Source of the DNA: a virus
DNA: 64,000 nucleotides
IMG/VR virus record: IMGVR_UViG_3300028840_002185
Span: 1 to 64,000 of that record
Reading direction: 5' to 3' (one strand)
Part shown: positions 30,118 to 38,166 of the stretch, one piece after another
Layout of the letters: each line of letters opens with the position of its first letter
Numbering within the stretch: position 1 is the first letter of the stretch
Program-made: the position numbers and the translations under genes
Notes under the pieces: model-generated
The model's input: only the letters and a program-made list of their open reading frames with translations
What the model was told of the DNA's origin: nothing
Databases searched by the model: none

Positions 30118-30544
30118 TTTTATACTCTCTTAATTTCTCTTGAATAAAATTCCAAACGTCATTTCCATTAGCACCTTCCGTTAAGAAAATTTGTGGTTTG
30201 TTCTTAAATGTTTGTAAAAATACAGAATTGCCACTTCTTTGAAATGCAGCAATTTGTTTCATTACTAAATCACTAATTATATAATTAGGATCAATAGTTG
30301 CAAAAACAATGTGTTCACTTAAATTCTCAAAAATGACGTGACATTTATCTGGTCGCATATCTTCATGTGCATTATCATCAAATTTCCAAGAGCAATTAAA
30401 ATTTACACAATCCTCCGGTCTGCTATCATAACGAATACACCCCACATTCAAATTACAATCAGGGCAGACTTCCAAAGGAGGACTCTGCTTGTCTCTTATC
30501 TCAAGTAATACACAACAAAGAGTGCATTCACCACATTCTTGCAT
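30092..30544 (-). CDS. YkgJ/UPF0153-family cysteine-cluster (CxxCxxCC) protein
   Basis: Contains CGECTLCC, then CPDC and GCIRYDSRPEDCVNFNC, the typical layout of the zinc/iron-chelating YkgJ domain. Confidence 0.7.
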   Translation of the reverse strand: MQECGECTLCCVLLEIRDKQSPPLEVCPDCNLNVGCIRYDSRPEDCVNFNCSWKFDDNAHEDMRPDKCHVIFENLSEHIVFATIDPNYIISDLVMKQIAAFQRSGNSVFLQTFKNKPQIFLTEGANGNDVWNFIQEKLREYKNDSTKLLH

Positions 30545-30855
30545 TAGTATTTCCTACCCATTTCAACAGCTAATTCTTTTTCAAGTTCTTCTTTCTTTGC
30601 CTTATAATCCATATAATTTTTAAATGCATACTCAGGCAATTGGTTAGGATCTCTTTTACCGCAACGTGACATAATATAAGTCATCTGATCCTGATACCAT
30701 CGGATATTATCTTTTAGACTATTAATTCTGATATTTACTCTATTTTGTTTAACATCATCAGCTTTAGCATACCGACCTTCCATAAAGTAAATACCGGAAC
30801 TAAAAGTACCAAGTACTGCTAAAGCTCCGAGTATTGCAAAAATTCTTTTCCACAT
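30544..30855 (-). CDS. membrane-anchored coiled-coil protein (103 aa)
   Basis: N-terminal TM segment IFAILGALAVLGTFSSGIYF followed by a charged helical region. 1-nt overlap with the YkgJ-like gene. Confidence 0.55.
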   Translation of the reverse strand: MWKRIFAILGALAVLGTFSSGIYFMEGRYAKADDVKQNRVNIRINSLKDNIRWYQDQMTYIMSRCGKRDPNQLPEYAFKNYMDYKAKKEELEKELAVEMGRKY

Positions 30856-30874
30856 AATTAATCCTTTTTAAATA

Positions 30875-30898
30875 GGGAGAGGTCAAAAGACCCCTCCC
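30875..30898 (-). terminator. terminator-like hairpin after the 180-aa gene
   Basis: On the minus strand GGGAGGGGTC, loop TTTT, GACCTCTCCC (one G-U pair), followed by TATTTAAAAA. Confidence 0.45.
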
Positions 30899-30919
30899 CC
30901 TCCAGTTAATCCATACTGA

Positions 30920-31462
30920 TTACTTCTTTGACATAGATTCATTAACTGCTGCTGCAACTGCTGCTGCAATAGCGTCTTTGAAGGTAGAGTCACGCAGGAT
31001 ATTTTCAGCGGTGTAGCCCTGTTCATCAACATTCCATTGACGATCAATGGAAAGATCACCATGACGTACAGCCTGTTTGCCCACCATATTCGCTGTCTCC
31101 ACAGCATTTTGCAATGCCTGATTAGCGATATTGTGTTTCTGCATACCGTACTCATGGGTATCGTTAAGAACACGATCCAAGAAAGTACGATTACGTTTGA
31201 TGGACTCCAACGATTCATGCTGATATTCATCGTAAGTCCTTTTGGTATTAGCAAACATCAGAGCAGCATTGTCAGCACTTTCTTTCGTGTACCGTTCACC
31301 ACCACCAATATCCTCCATACGTGTCTCAGAAGCAGACACACCTGAAGAAAGCGTTTGAGACTGAAGCAATTTTGAAATAGCTTCAGATACGGACTGACCT
31401 ACTTGTTGTGCAATCTGATCTGCTATTTGAGCAGCAGATTGTGCATCTTCTTGATCTGGCAT
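30920..31462 (-). CDS. hypothetical structural-module protein (180 aa)
   Basis: ORF with AAGGAG RBS. Gln/Ala-rich helical sequence. Followed by the hairpin at 30875-30898. Confidence 0.6.
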   Translation of the reverse strand: MPDQEDAQSAAQIADQIAQQVGQSVSEAISKLLQSQTLSSGVSASETRMEDIGGGERYTKESADNAALMFANTKRTYDEYQHESLESIKRNRTFLDRVLNDTHEYGMQKHNIANQALQNAVETANMVGKQAVRHGDLSIDRQWNVDEQGYTAENILRDSTFKDAIAAAVAAAVNESMSKK

Positions 31463-31651
31463 AATATAACTCCTTAGTTAATAATTTGTTAAAAGTTAAT
31501 AATAAAATGATGTGATAAACAATGTTTGGTCGAAGCATCCCTCCTTTCTTATATAATAACCCTTTTTTATTTTAGGGGAGACCCTCACCAAAGCAACATC
31601 AGTTTGATGATATAAAGGTCTCCCCTATGGCGCAGGGGGAGCAGCCAACTA

Positions 31652-32164
31652 TTAGGCAGATGAAAATCCACCAATTCGGAACAATTGATCACCGGAATCT
31701 CTCTGGTCATCAATCAATCCCACAAAACGACAAGCATAAACTCTCTGGTTGTCTGTAGTGAAGGCAATCTCGACAGCACCACCAACGTTCGGGGCAGCAT
31801 TATAGATCTGGTAAATCTCAGAACCATCAATCGGTTCCAAAACAAGCTCACCTGTGGTGACAACTTCACCAACAGGTTTACCAAAAGTAAGATAGGTTGT
31901 TTGATCGACAGCAGAAGCAAAAAGCAATTTAAGATTTGCAAATGTAGATTCAGTCATGTTTACTGTAACTTCCATGACCAAACCTGCATCCAACACCCTC
32001 AACGGAGTTTCACCGTACTGATCCGATTTCAACTCATAAGTATTTTGGGTAATTGAAACGGTAACACCACCAAAGGTATGCCCGATATGTACACCATCAA
32101 AGTAGACATAACAAGGCCCAATGGATATGTTATCCGAATCAAAAACAAGTGGATATTGTGACAT
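31652..32164 (-). CDS. putative major tail tube protein (170 aa)
   Basis: Position right after the tail-terminator-like gene, plus size and beta-rich sequence. The call is positional. Confidence 0.5.
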   Translation of the reverse strand: MSQYPLVFDSDNISIGPCYVYFDGVHIGHTFGGVTVSITQNTYELKSDQYGETPLRVLDAGLVMEVTVNMTESTFANLKLLFASAVDQTTYLTFGKPVGEVVTTGELVLEPIDGSEIYQIYNAAPNVGGAVEIAFTTDNQRVYACRFVGLIDDQRDSGDQLFRIGGFSSA

Positions 32165-32176
32165 AATAAATTCCTC

Positions 32177-32437
32177 CTATACAGTAGTTATAGTTTGACA
32201 ATTTCTACATTTAAAATGAACTTTGTTTTGCTGCTTGTAACCACGATCACGATACCCAACTATGAAATTACATTTATCCCCAGGTTTCTTATCCAAAGGT
32301 CTTCCACACTTTGTACAAAAACCTTCATGCATAATTATTTTTTCTTCCGTTCCATAGTCAAGCTCATTGCAGAAAGCACAAGATTTAATAGTTCCCTCAC
32401 AAACCACTCTTATCATTCGATACCGATAATTATCCAT
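32177..32437 (-). CDS. zinc-ribbon protein (86 aa)
   Basis: Three CxxC pairs: CAFC, CTKC and CRNC. Confidence 0.55.
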   Translation of the reverse strand: MDNYRYRMIRVVCEGTIKSCAFCNELDYGTEEKIIMHEGFCTKCGRPLDKKPGDKCNFIVGYRDRGYKQQNKVHFKCRNCQTITTV

Positions 32438-32457
32438 CAGAAGTAACCACTCTTTTT

Positions 32458-32901
32458 CTATCTTCTAACAACCGTTGAAAAACTAAAAGAAACCATTTTA
32501 ACATAAATAGGATTTCCGGCATCTCCTTCCGTAGGAGCATCAGAATTCCCGATCATTCCTATCTTCTTAATACCAAGATTCGTTAAAGTAACGTTATATT
32601 TCTCGTCAAATAAATCCATTAATCTTTCGGCAACTTGACCAAGTACTAATTGATTAATTGACAAAACCCTGAAGAAATAATTTATATTTGGTATTTGTGA
32701 AGGATAAGAATAGTTAGCACCTGTACGACTTCCAGATGATTTTCTAAAAACAATAGCAGCAGGGCTATTACTACTATAAACAATATCAAAAGATGGATAC
32801 CAAGCAAAAACCCGATTATCATTTGCAGATATACCCATCAATGTAATCATTGTGGAATCTTCAGTAATTGTAGTTACTACATATTCATCGATCTCTATCA
32901 T
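32458..32901 (-). CDS. tail terminator / tail completion protein (DUF3168-like position)
   Basis: Gene order (connector, closure, gp10-like, this gene, tube) and size of 147 aa. Confidence 0.5.
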   Translation of the reverse strand: MIEIDEYVVTTITEDSTMITLMGISANDNRVFAWYPSFDIVYSSNSPAAIVFRKSSGSRTGANYSYPSQIPNINYFFRVLSINQLVLGQVAERLMDLFDEKYNVTLTNLGIKKIGMIGNSDAPTEGDAGNPIYVKMVSFSFSTVVRR

Positions 32902-33578
32902 GTGTTACTCTCCCAATAAATATTAAATTTTAAAGCTCGATGAACTGACCATCTTCTTGTTGCTTCTTTAACAGCTTTTTCAAATTTACTACCCATCCAA
33001 TTATTCCAATATCTCTTTTTCCTATCAAGAATAACTTTTAAAAAATCAGGACGTGTAGAATTATTTAAAATTTTAAAGTATTGAGCAACTTGATAAGTAG
33101 GCCATTTTAAATCTTCATAACCAACGAATACTTTGCCCCACTTAAAAAAATAATTAACTTCAGTTCCTTGTGGAGAATCAATAGTAACCTTTAGTTCACC
33201 AGAACGATCTATTTCATACCAAAAACTTTCATAAAGAGATCCTGTAGGCAAACCTGCTTCCTGTGGTTCACCTGGAGAATGTGGTGGCCCTCCTTTAGCT
33301 GAAGCAGTATAATATCCAATAAAGGAATATTTAGGTGATCCACCTTCATTGTATTCCCATACTTCATAAGTATTTCCTGAAGGAGCAGTAGCCAAACGCT
33401 GTTGTATCTCAGAGACAATCATAAAACCAAGATCATCTAATATCCTGTCTACTGAATTATCAATTGAATCAAGAATTGGACGTAGTATATTTTCATTGAT
33501 ATGTTTACCTAACATTGATCTTTGAACTATACGATCAAGTGCAACCCTTTCATCAACTATGTCATTTCTTATAGCCAT
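32898..33578 (-). CDS. head-tail joining / neck protein (HK97 gp10-like position, 226 aa)
   Basis: Gene order. ATGA overlap downstream and 1-nt overlap upstream. Confidence 0.5.
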   Translation of the reverse strand: MAIRNDIVDERVALDRIVQRSMLGKHINENILRPILDSIDNSVDRILDDLGFMIVSEIQQRLATAPSGNTYEVWEYNEGGSPKYSFIGYYTASAKGGPPHSPGEPQEAGLPTGSLYESFWYEIDRSGELKVTIDSPQGTEVNYFFKWGKVFVGYEDLKWPTYQVAQYFKILNNSTRPDFLKVILDRKKRYWNNWMGSKFEKAVKEATRRWSVHRALKFNIYWESNT

Positions 33579-33931
33579 TAAGTTTCACTCAGTCCACAAT
33601 AGACTTCTTTATGATGTATTTTTTTTCTATCGTAAACCTGTTGAATTGGTTTAACAAATAACTCAAGACCTTTCCAAACGATCTTGTCACCTTTTTGAAT
33701 GTCCTGTGTTTTCTTAAAGAAAAATAAGTAATCATTTTCGGCTGAAACTCCTCCGGTTAATATGCGTAATCCGGCAGAACTCTCAAAAAGGTTTTGTCCT
33801 CTACAAGGAACGCTTGAATAAAGCGGAGTAGATCCATAATCAACAGGTGTGGTATAACCATGTGATTCCGCTTTATCATCGGTCTTACGATAAATGTCAC
33901 ATCTTTGAACTAATAAATTTGAATATCCCAT
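33578..33931 (-). CDS. head closure / head-tail adaptor protein (SPP1 gp16-like)
   Basis: 117 aa. Sequence RCDIYRKT....G......vPCRGQ...IVWKGLELFVKPIQQV resembles the head-closure family, and the position fits. Confidence 0.6.
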   Translation of the reverse strand: MGYSNLLVQRCDIYRKTDDKAESHGYTTPVDYGSTPLYSSVPCRGQNLFESSAGLRILTGGVSAENDYLFFFKKTQDIQKGDKIVWKGLELFVKPIQQVYDRKKIHHKEVYCGLSET

Positions 33932-34593
33932 TATGCAAATGCTACCTTTTTATATGGCATTAGATTTTCAAAAATAGTAGGAGCTAATCCTCTTAGCTCT
34001 CTTTGAAATTCCGGTGACATTAATTTATAAGTATAATTTCCGATTCTCTCTGACTGAAGTAATTCATTATCTGGTGAATTCATAAATTGTTTAATGGCAG
34101 AAAAACAAAGATACCTTAAATCTGACATTGATTCATGATCATCTGTATATCCACCATTCCATTTGACTTGAATATTTTGCAGATAATTATAATCAAAGCC
34201 CTGACCGTAAATTAATTTTCCTCTCCGATTATAAAGCCGATAACCATCTGAACAATCATAGTCATCATCATCTGCTACTGAAATGGCTGTACCACTTACT
34301 TTAAATTCAGTAAGAGAATTAACAGGATATGTTGGAAACCAAAAAGTATAACCTTCAGGTGCATCAAATAATGCATAATGAAGAAAATCAACACTATAAT
34401 CTGAATCCTGATCATCGTAAGTATAATCTCTTGCTTTTAACTTACGATTACAAAACTTCTCAAATTCTGAGGACACAGCATTAATCAAATCTTCTATCAT
34501 TGTTTTTTCTTTTTCGTCCTCAAGCCAATCTTCATCGGCATACATTTGATAGAAGTAAGTGGTATCAATTAATGCATTATCATTTAAAGCCAT
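33931..34593 (-). CDS. head-tail connector protein (gp6-like)
   Basis: N-terminus ...DTTYFYQMYADEDWLEDEKEKTMIEDLINAVSSEFEKFCNRKL is typical of gp6-type connectors, and the position fits. Confidence 0.6.
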   Translation of the reverse strand: MALNDNALIDTTYFYQMYADEDWLEDEKEKTMIEDLINAVSSEFEKFCNRKLKARDYTYDDQDSDYSVDFLHYALFDAPEGYTFWFPTYPVNSLTEFKVSGTAISVADDDDYDCSDGYRLYNRRGKLIYGQGFDYNYLQNIQVKWNGGYTDDHESMSDLRYLCFSAIKQFMNSPDNELLQSERIGNYTYKLMSPEFQRELRGLAPTIFENLMPYKKVAFA

Positions 34594-34595
34594 TG

Positions 34596-34874
34596 TTATT
34601 TCCTTTTTCTGATATTAGGAAAAAGTTTATCTTCAGGCCCAGGATACCTACCATTATCAAAAGACTCCATTATCTTATCTTCAGGAGCTTGAAATACTGC
34701 CTTATGCAAAGGTGGCCTATGTTCCATTTTGTTTCTGGAATTCAACTCAGAATCTTCAAATACCGCTTTACCTTGACTTATAAACCTCTGAGCCTTATTC
34801 ATCTCCATTGTTTGAATGACGCCACCAAAAGCTCTTATCAAATTCCGATCTAACAATTTTACTTTAACTTTCAT
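34596..34874 (-). CDS. hypothetical head-module protein (92 aa)
   Basis: ORF in the operon with GGGGGAG upstream at short spacing. Confidence 0.45.
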   Translation of the reverse strand: MKVKVKLLDRNLIRAFGGVIQTMEMNKAQRFISQGKAVFEDSELNSRNKMEHRPPLHKAVFQAPEDKIMESFDNGRYPGPEDKLFPNIRKRK

Positions 34875-34890
34875 TGCTCCCCCTAATGAA

Positions 34891-34920
34891 AGAGGGTAGA
34901 TACCGGAATATCTACCCTCT
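34891..34920 (-). terminator. perfect 12-bp hairpin after the capsid-associated gene
   Basis: AGAGGGTAGATA (34891-34902) pairs with TATCTACCCTCT (34909-34920) across a 6-nt loop. The U-tract is weak. Confidence 0.45.
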
Positions 34921-34960
34921 CAGAATTACATTCCGGTTTACTTCAAAAGACTAACCAGAA

Positions 34961-35410
34961 TTAAGTAGCAGACACTTTGGGTTTACGTCCGGTTCCAAAG
35001 GTCAAGGTCGGGGCAGTTCCAACCTGAGTTACAGGTCTGCGCTGATTCTCAAAGGTCATAAACAGACAAGACCAGACAACAGCATCAGTACCAACGGTAA
35101 CATTGACTCGCACATAACGGTGCGGATCATAAACTTCAATGAGATAAAGTCCGGCAGCATCAATTTGTTCTACCGTGAGAAAGTCTTCATCCCAAGTAGA
35201 CTGATCCTCTGAATCCTGAATAATCAGATCCAAAGTTCCACCAGTACCAACGCTTCCAACATCAGCCAAAATCAAAAGACTGTTGGGCAATTGGTTAGCT
35301 GTCCAAAGATCAACGCCATCATCATCCGGTGCATTGGCAGCAGCTCCGGCAGCATCGGAAACAGCCTGTTGGAAATACCCAAATTTATAGTTATTAAGCA
35401 TGTCAAACAT
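34961..35410 (-). CDS. capsid-associated protein (possible decoration/cement protein, 149 aa)
   Basis: Immediately downstream of the major capsid gene and followed by a perfect 12-bp hairpin. The function is a positional guess. Confidence 0.45.
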   Translation of the reverse strand: MFDMLNNYKFGYFQQAVSDAAGAAANAPDDDGVDLWTANQLPNSLLILADVGSVGTGGTLDLIIQDSEDQSTWDEDFLTVEQIDAAGLYLIEVYDPHRYVRVNVTVGTDAVVWSCLFMTFENQRRPVTQVGTAPTLTFGTGRKPKVSAT

Positions 35411-35481
35411 AATAAATACCTCCGTAATATGTTTATTTAAAAATTAGTTTTTGTTTAAAAACTCCTGTGATTTCCGGTTAA

Positions 35482-36732
35482 TTACGAAGTCGAAGCATCA
35501 AGTGCAACAAATGCTTGCGGAATTGCTGCCTGACCGTCAAGGCGACCAGAACATCTCAGGGCCGTTCTGTTATTACGGAATTTGTAATGCCGTGACGAAT
35601 CCATTGAGAAATCCTGACGGAAACCAATGTAGTAATATGACCATGTTCCGAGAATGAGATCTCCGGTAGAACCAAGGGCCGGAATCTTACCATCTGCCAA
35701 GAAAGCAGGTTTGCCCAGGATAGTCATGTCATAACCTTTGGCGAGATCAGGGTAGTAATTCTCCTGCAAAACAAGTTCTTTGGAACTTGAGGTAACGGTC
35801 TGACCACGAAGGGCAGCACGACCATTTTTAGTAATAAACCAAACAGCCCTGGAGTCAAAGGTGGAAGGCATACGTGCTTCCATGTTCAGAACATCTTGGA
35901 ACTCAATGGTGTCTGCGGTCTGACGATAGACCGAGAGGATCGAAGGATCGTTGATAATGCCAAGAGGTTGTTTTCCTCCGGTTCCCTGAATGAAGGATTT
36001 ATCGGTGTACCAATACCATGCAGCCCTGAAAAGACGAGTCAGGTAGTTGACCAGATTGATCACAGAGTCATCCAATAAGGTATTGGTGATTTCCGTATAA
36101 CCTGCAAGCTCATGAACGATCATTTCGACCATGCCAAAGGTCGGTTCGGTTTCGGCTTTCTCTCCACCTTCCTCTGTCCATTCAAAGGAAACTCCGGCAA
36201 AGTGATCAAAACCTGCATCCTCAACATCAGGATTCTGTTGCAGTTTCGGGAATTGAATTTTCTCACCATTCATGGGCCAAACGGTTGCCTTGTTCCATAC
36301 CAATGTGTCTTCAGCATCATACATGATCATGATGTTTTTGAATTCTTCCGGCACAAGGTATCCACCTTCATCGTCAACAGCAGAACTCAAGAACTTGCTA
36401 ACGACTCCGGTTTTCAGATAGGCAGTAAAGTCCTTTGCCCATTGGGTGACTTCTTCAGAACATTGAATCCAGGGGTTAGAAGAATTTTTAAGATTGATGA
36501 TCGAACCTTTATCGGTAGTCATCAAACCACCATCAATCTTAAAAGCACCACCGGATTGCTGAATCAATTGTTTCGACTGTGACATGGTAAATGGATTTTC
36601 CACATCGTTCTGAAGATCCTCAATCATTTTTTGAACTGTGCCTTTGACCACATCAGAGAATTCACCCCCTCCCATATAGTCCTTGACTTGAGAATTCAAC
36701 AGTTCAATCAGTTCTTCTTTCGTAAGTTTCAT
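35482..36732 (-). CDS. major capsid protein, HK97 fold
   Basis: 416 aa, with the DDEGGYLVPEEF motif typical of HK97-family capsid proteins and an N-terminal delta-domain-like helical ~110 aa. It follows the prohead protease. Confidence 0.9.
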   Translation of the reverse strand: MKLTKEELIELLNSQVKDYMGGGEFSDVVKGTVQKMIEDLQNDVENPFTMSQSKQLIQQSGGAFKIDGGLMTTDKGSIINLKNSSNPWIQCSEEVTQWAKDFTAYLKTGVVSKFLSSAVDDEGGYLVPEEFKNIMIMYDAEDTLVWNKATVWPMNGEKIQFPKLQQNPDVEDAGFDHFAGVSFEWTEEGGEKAETEPTFGMVEMIVHELAGYTEITNTLLDDSVINLVNYLTRLFRAAWYWYTDKSFIQGTGGKQPLGIINDPSILSVYRQTADTIEFQDVLNMEARMPSTFDSRAVWFITKNGRAALRGQTVTSSSKELVLQENYYPDLAKGYDMTILGKPAFLADGKIPALGSTGDLILGTWSYYYIGFRQDFSMDSSRHYKFRNNRTALRCSGRLDGQAAIPQAFVALDASTS

Positions 36733-36765
36733 AACGAGATTCCTCCTATAAGAAATAATTAATTT

Positions 36766-38163
36766 TTACTTAATAGATTTTTCTGCTTTCACAGAGTTGA
36801 ATGTTTCCTTCAGCTTTTTTCTGAAAACGCTATTTACGGTTTCGGCAACAGTTTTTGATTCCAACAAATCATCATCAACCTCAATGGTGTCATCGGAATT
36901 GGATTTATCATCGTTGGGGGATAACAACGAATCATCAATTTCGATTCCATCATCGTCTTCTGATTGAGATTTATCAGGATCATCAACATCAACATCATCC
37001 TCTTTATTATCGTCTATTTTTTGATCAGAATCAACCTCTTTTTCACTAACGAGTTTTTGAATATCGTCCAACTTAATCAAAATCTTATCAAAGATTTCGT
37101 CAAACGCTGAAGCAAGGGTCTCTGTCAATTTGACCATATTTTCCGTCATGATTCTTTCGATGGTATCACCAATAACTGACAATTCATCATTGGTCTGTTC
37201 ATCGTCAATCACATCGTCAACATCTTCATCGTCTGACTTCTCAATCTTAATCGGTTCCTCAAAACGTCTAACTTCTTTCTCAGCAGATTTTTCCTCAACC
37301 TCAAAGTCCTTATCCTTCTCCATCCATTTCCAATCATAATAATGGAGCTTATAAGTCTTATTGGTATGCTCATTGATCCATGCCTTTATATCTCCGGTTT
37401 GATAAGTATTAGGATCAAAATAATAACCAACAGGTATCGGATCTCCGGTACTACTATCATTTATATTACTAATTGAATTAGCATAGACCGCTTGAATTCC
37501 AGGGAACTCGTCCATTGCTTTTACTTCAGGATTAACAAACTCAGCTAATTCCTCACGTACCGGATAAAACAAACCGGACTCTGTTTCAGCAAAGACAGCA
37601 GGATAACCCAATTGCATCATGTTCTGAACGTTCTCAATACCATTCAAACTGACTGTAGCATTGGGATTGGCAGGAATGGTAACACCAGATACTTCAAGCA
37701 ATTCCTGTTTGGTGAATTCAATTCCTCCACCCCACTTATCTTCTTCATCTCTCCAAGCGAATTCAAGACCTCTGAAACCAACAGAGAAAGAAGTGAGAAA
37801 TCCATTTTTATATTTATTAAAAATCTTCATGGATTTGTCATCATTTTCATCGAACTGCGGTTTGATCATGAGTTTCCTTGCATCTTTGTCAACCCACGTT
37901 CTAAGTGATCGAGCAATGGGAGGTTCCCAATAATCGTGACTCCAGGGAATCATGGGATTCTTTTTAAAATTCTTCAGATCCCATCCATCTTGTCGGACAA
38001 TATCTTTATCCCTGTCTTCATCCTCTGTGGATGCAACAGCAACAAAGGACTTCATTTTATCGTCCAACTGTTCGATCTTCTCAACGGTGTAATCCATTGC
38101 TCTGACCGGATCACCATCTTTCATAATGGGCCGACCATCTTTTGCTAAAATTTTATAAGCCAT
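36766..38163 (-). CDS. prohead maturation protease (HK97 family) with a long acidic C-terminal extension
   Basis: DRDKDIVRQDGWDLKNFKKNPMIPWSHDY matches the N-terminal protease domain. The C-terminal ~170 aa is extremely D/E-rich. Position is between portal and capsid. Confidence 0.8.
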   Translation of the reverse strand: MAYKILAKDGRPIMKDGDPVRAMDYTVEKIEQLDDKMKSFVAVASTEDEDRDKDIVRQDGWDLKNFKKNPMIPWSHDYWEPPIARSLRTWVDKDARKLMIKPQFDENDDKSMKIFNKYKNGFLTSFSVGFRGLEFAWRDEEDKWGGGIEFTKQELLEVSGVTIPANPNATVSLNGIENVQNMMQLGYPAVFAETESGLFYPVREELAEFVNPEVKAMDEFPGIQAVYANSISNINDSSTGDPIPVGYYFDPNTYQTGDIKAWINEHTNKTYKLHYYDWKWMEKDKDFEVEEKSAEKEVRRFEEPIKIEKSDDEDVDDVIDDEQTNDELSVIGDTIERIMTENMVKLTETLASAFDEIFDKILIKLDDIQKLVSEKEVDSDQKIDDNKEDDVDVDDPDKSQSEDDDGIEIDDSLLSPNDDKSNSDDTIEVDDDLLESKTVAETVNSVFRKKLKETFNSVKAEKSIK

Positions 38164-38166
38164 AAT

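Noticed and set aside
30544-30855. The membrane-anchored coiled-coil protein as an i-spanin, and with the NlpC/P60 gene (15812-16288) a lysis cassette.
   Set aside because: There is no adjacent holin, endolysin or o-spanin lipobox. The NlpC/P60 gene sits in the lambda gpK position of the tail tip. The lysis genes are probably outside this window.
30883-31254. 123-aa same-strand ORF overlapping 30920-31462. Likewise the alternative-frame ORFs 1956-2162, 2690-2911, 4204-4407, 5164-5394, 11703-11885, 25260-25514, 25999-26184, 27175-27426, 28971-29180, 31714-31941, 33209-33418, 39339-39569 and 41874-42134.
   Set aside because: These are internal out-of-frame ORFs within better-supported genes. 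They have no RBS and hydrophobic or low-complexity translations typical of frame artefacts.
31573-31627. The 11-bp stem (TAGGGGAGACC/GGTCTCCCCTA, 33-nt loop) after the putative tube gene as a rho-independent terminator.
   Set aside because: On the operon (minus) strand it is followed by an A-run, not a U-run. It is more likely an mRNA-stabilising or processing hairpin, and the loop is unusually large.
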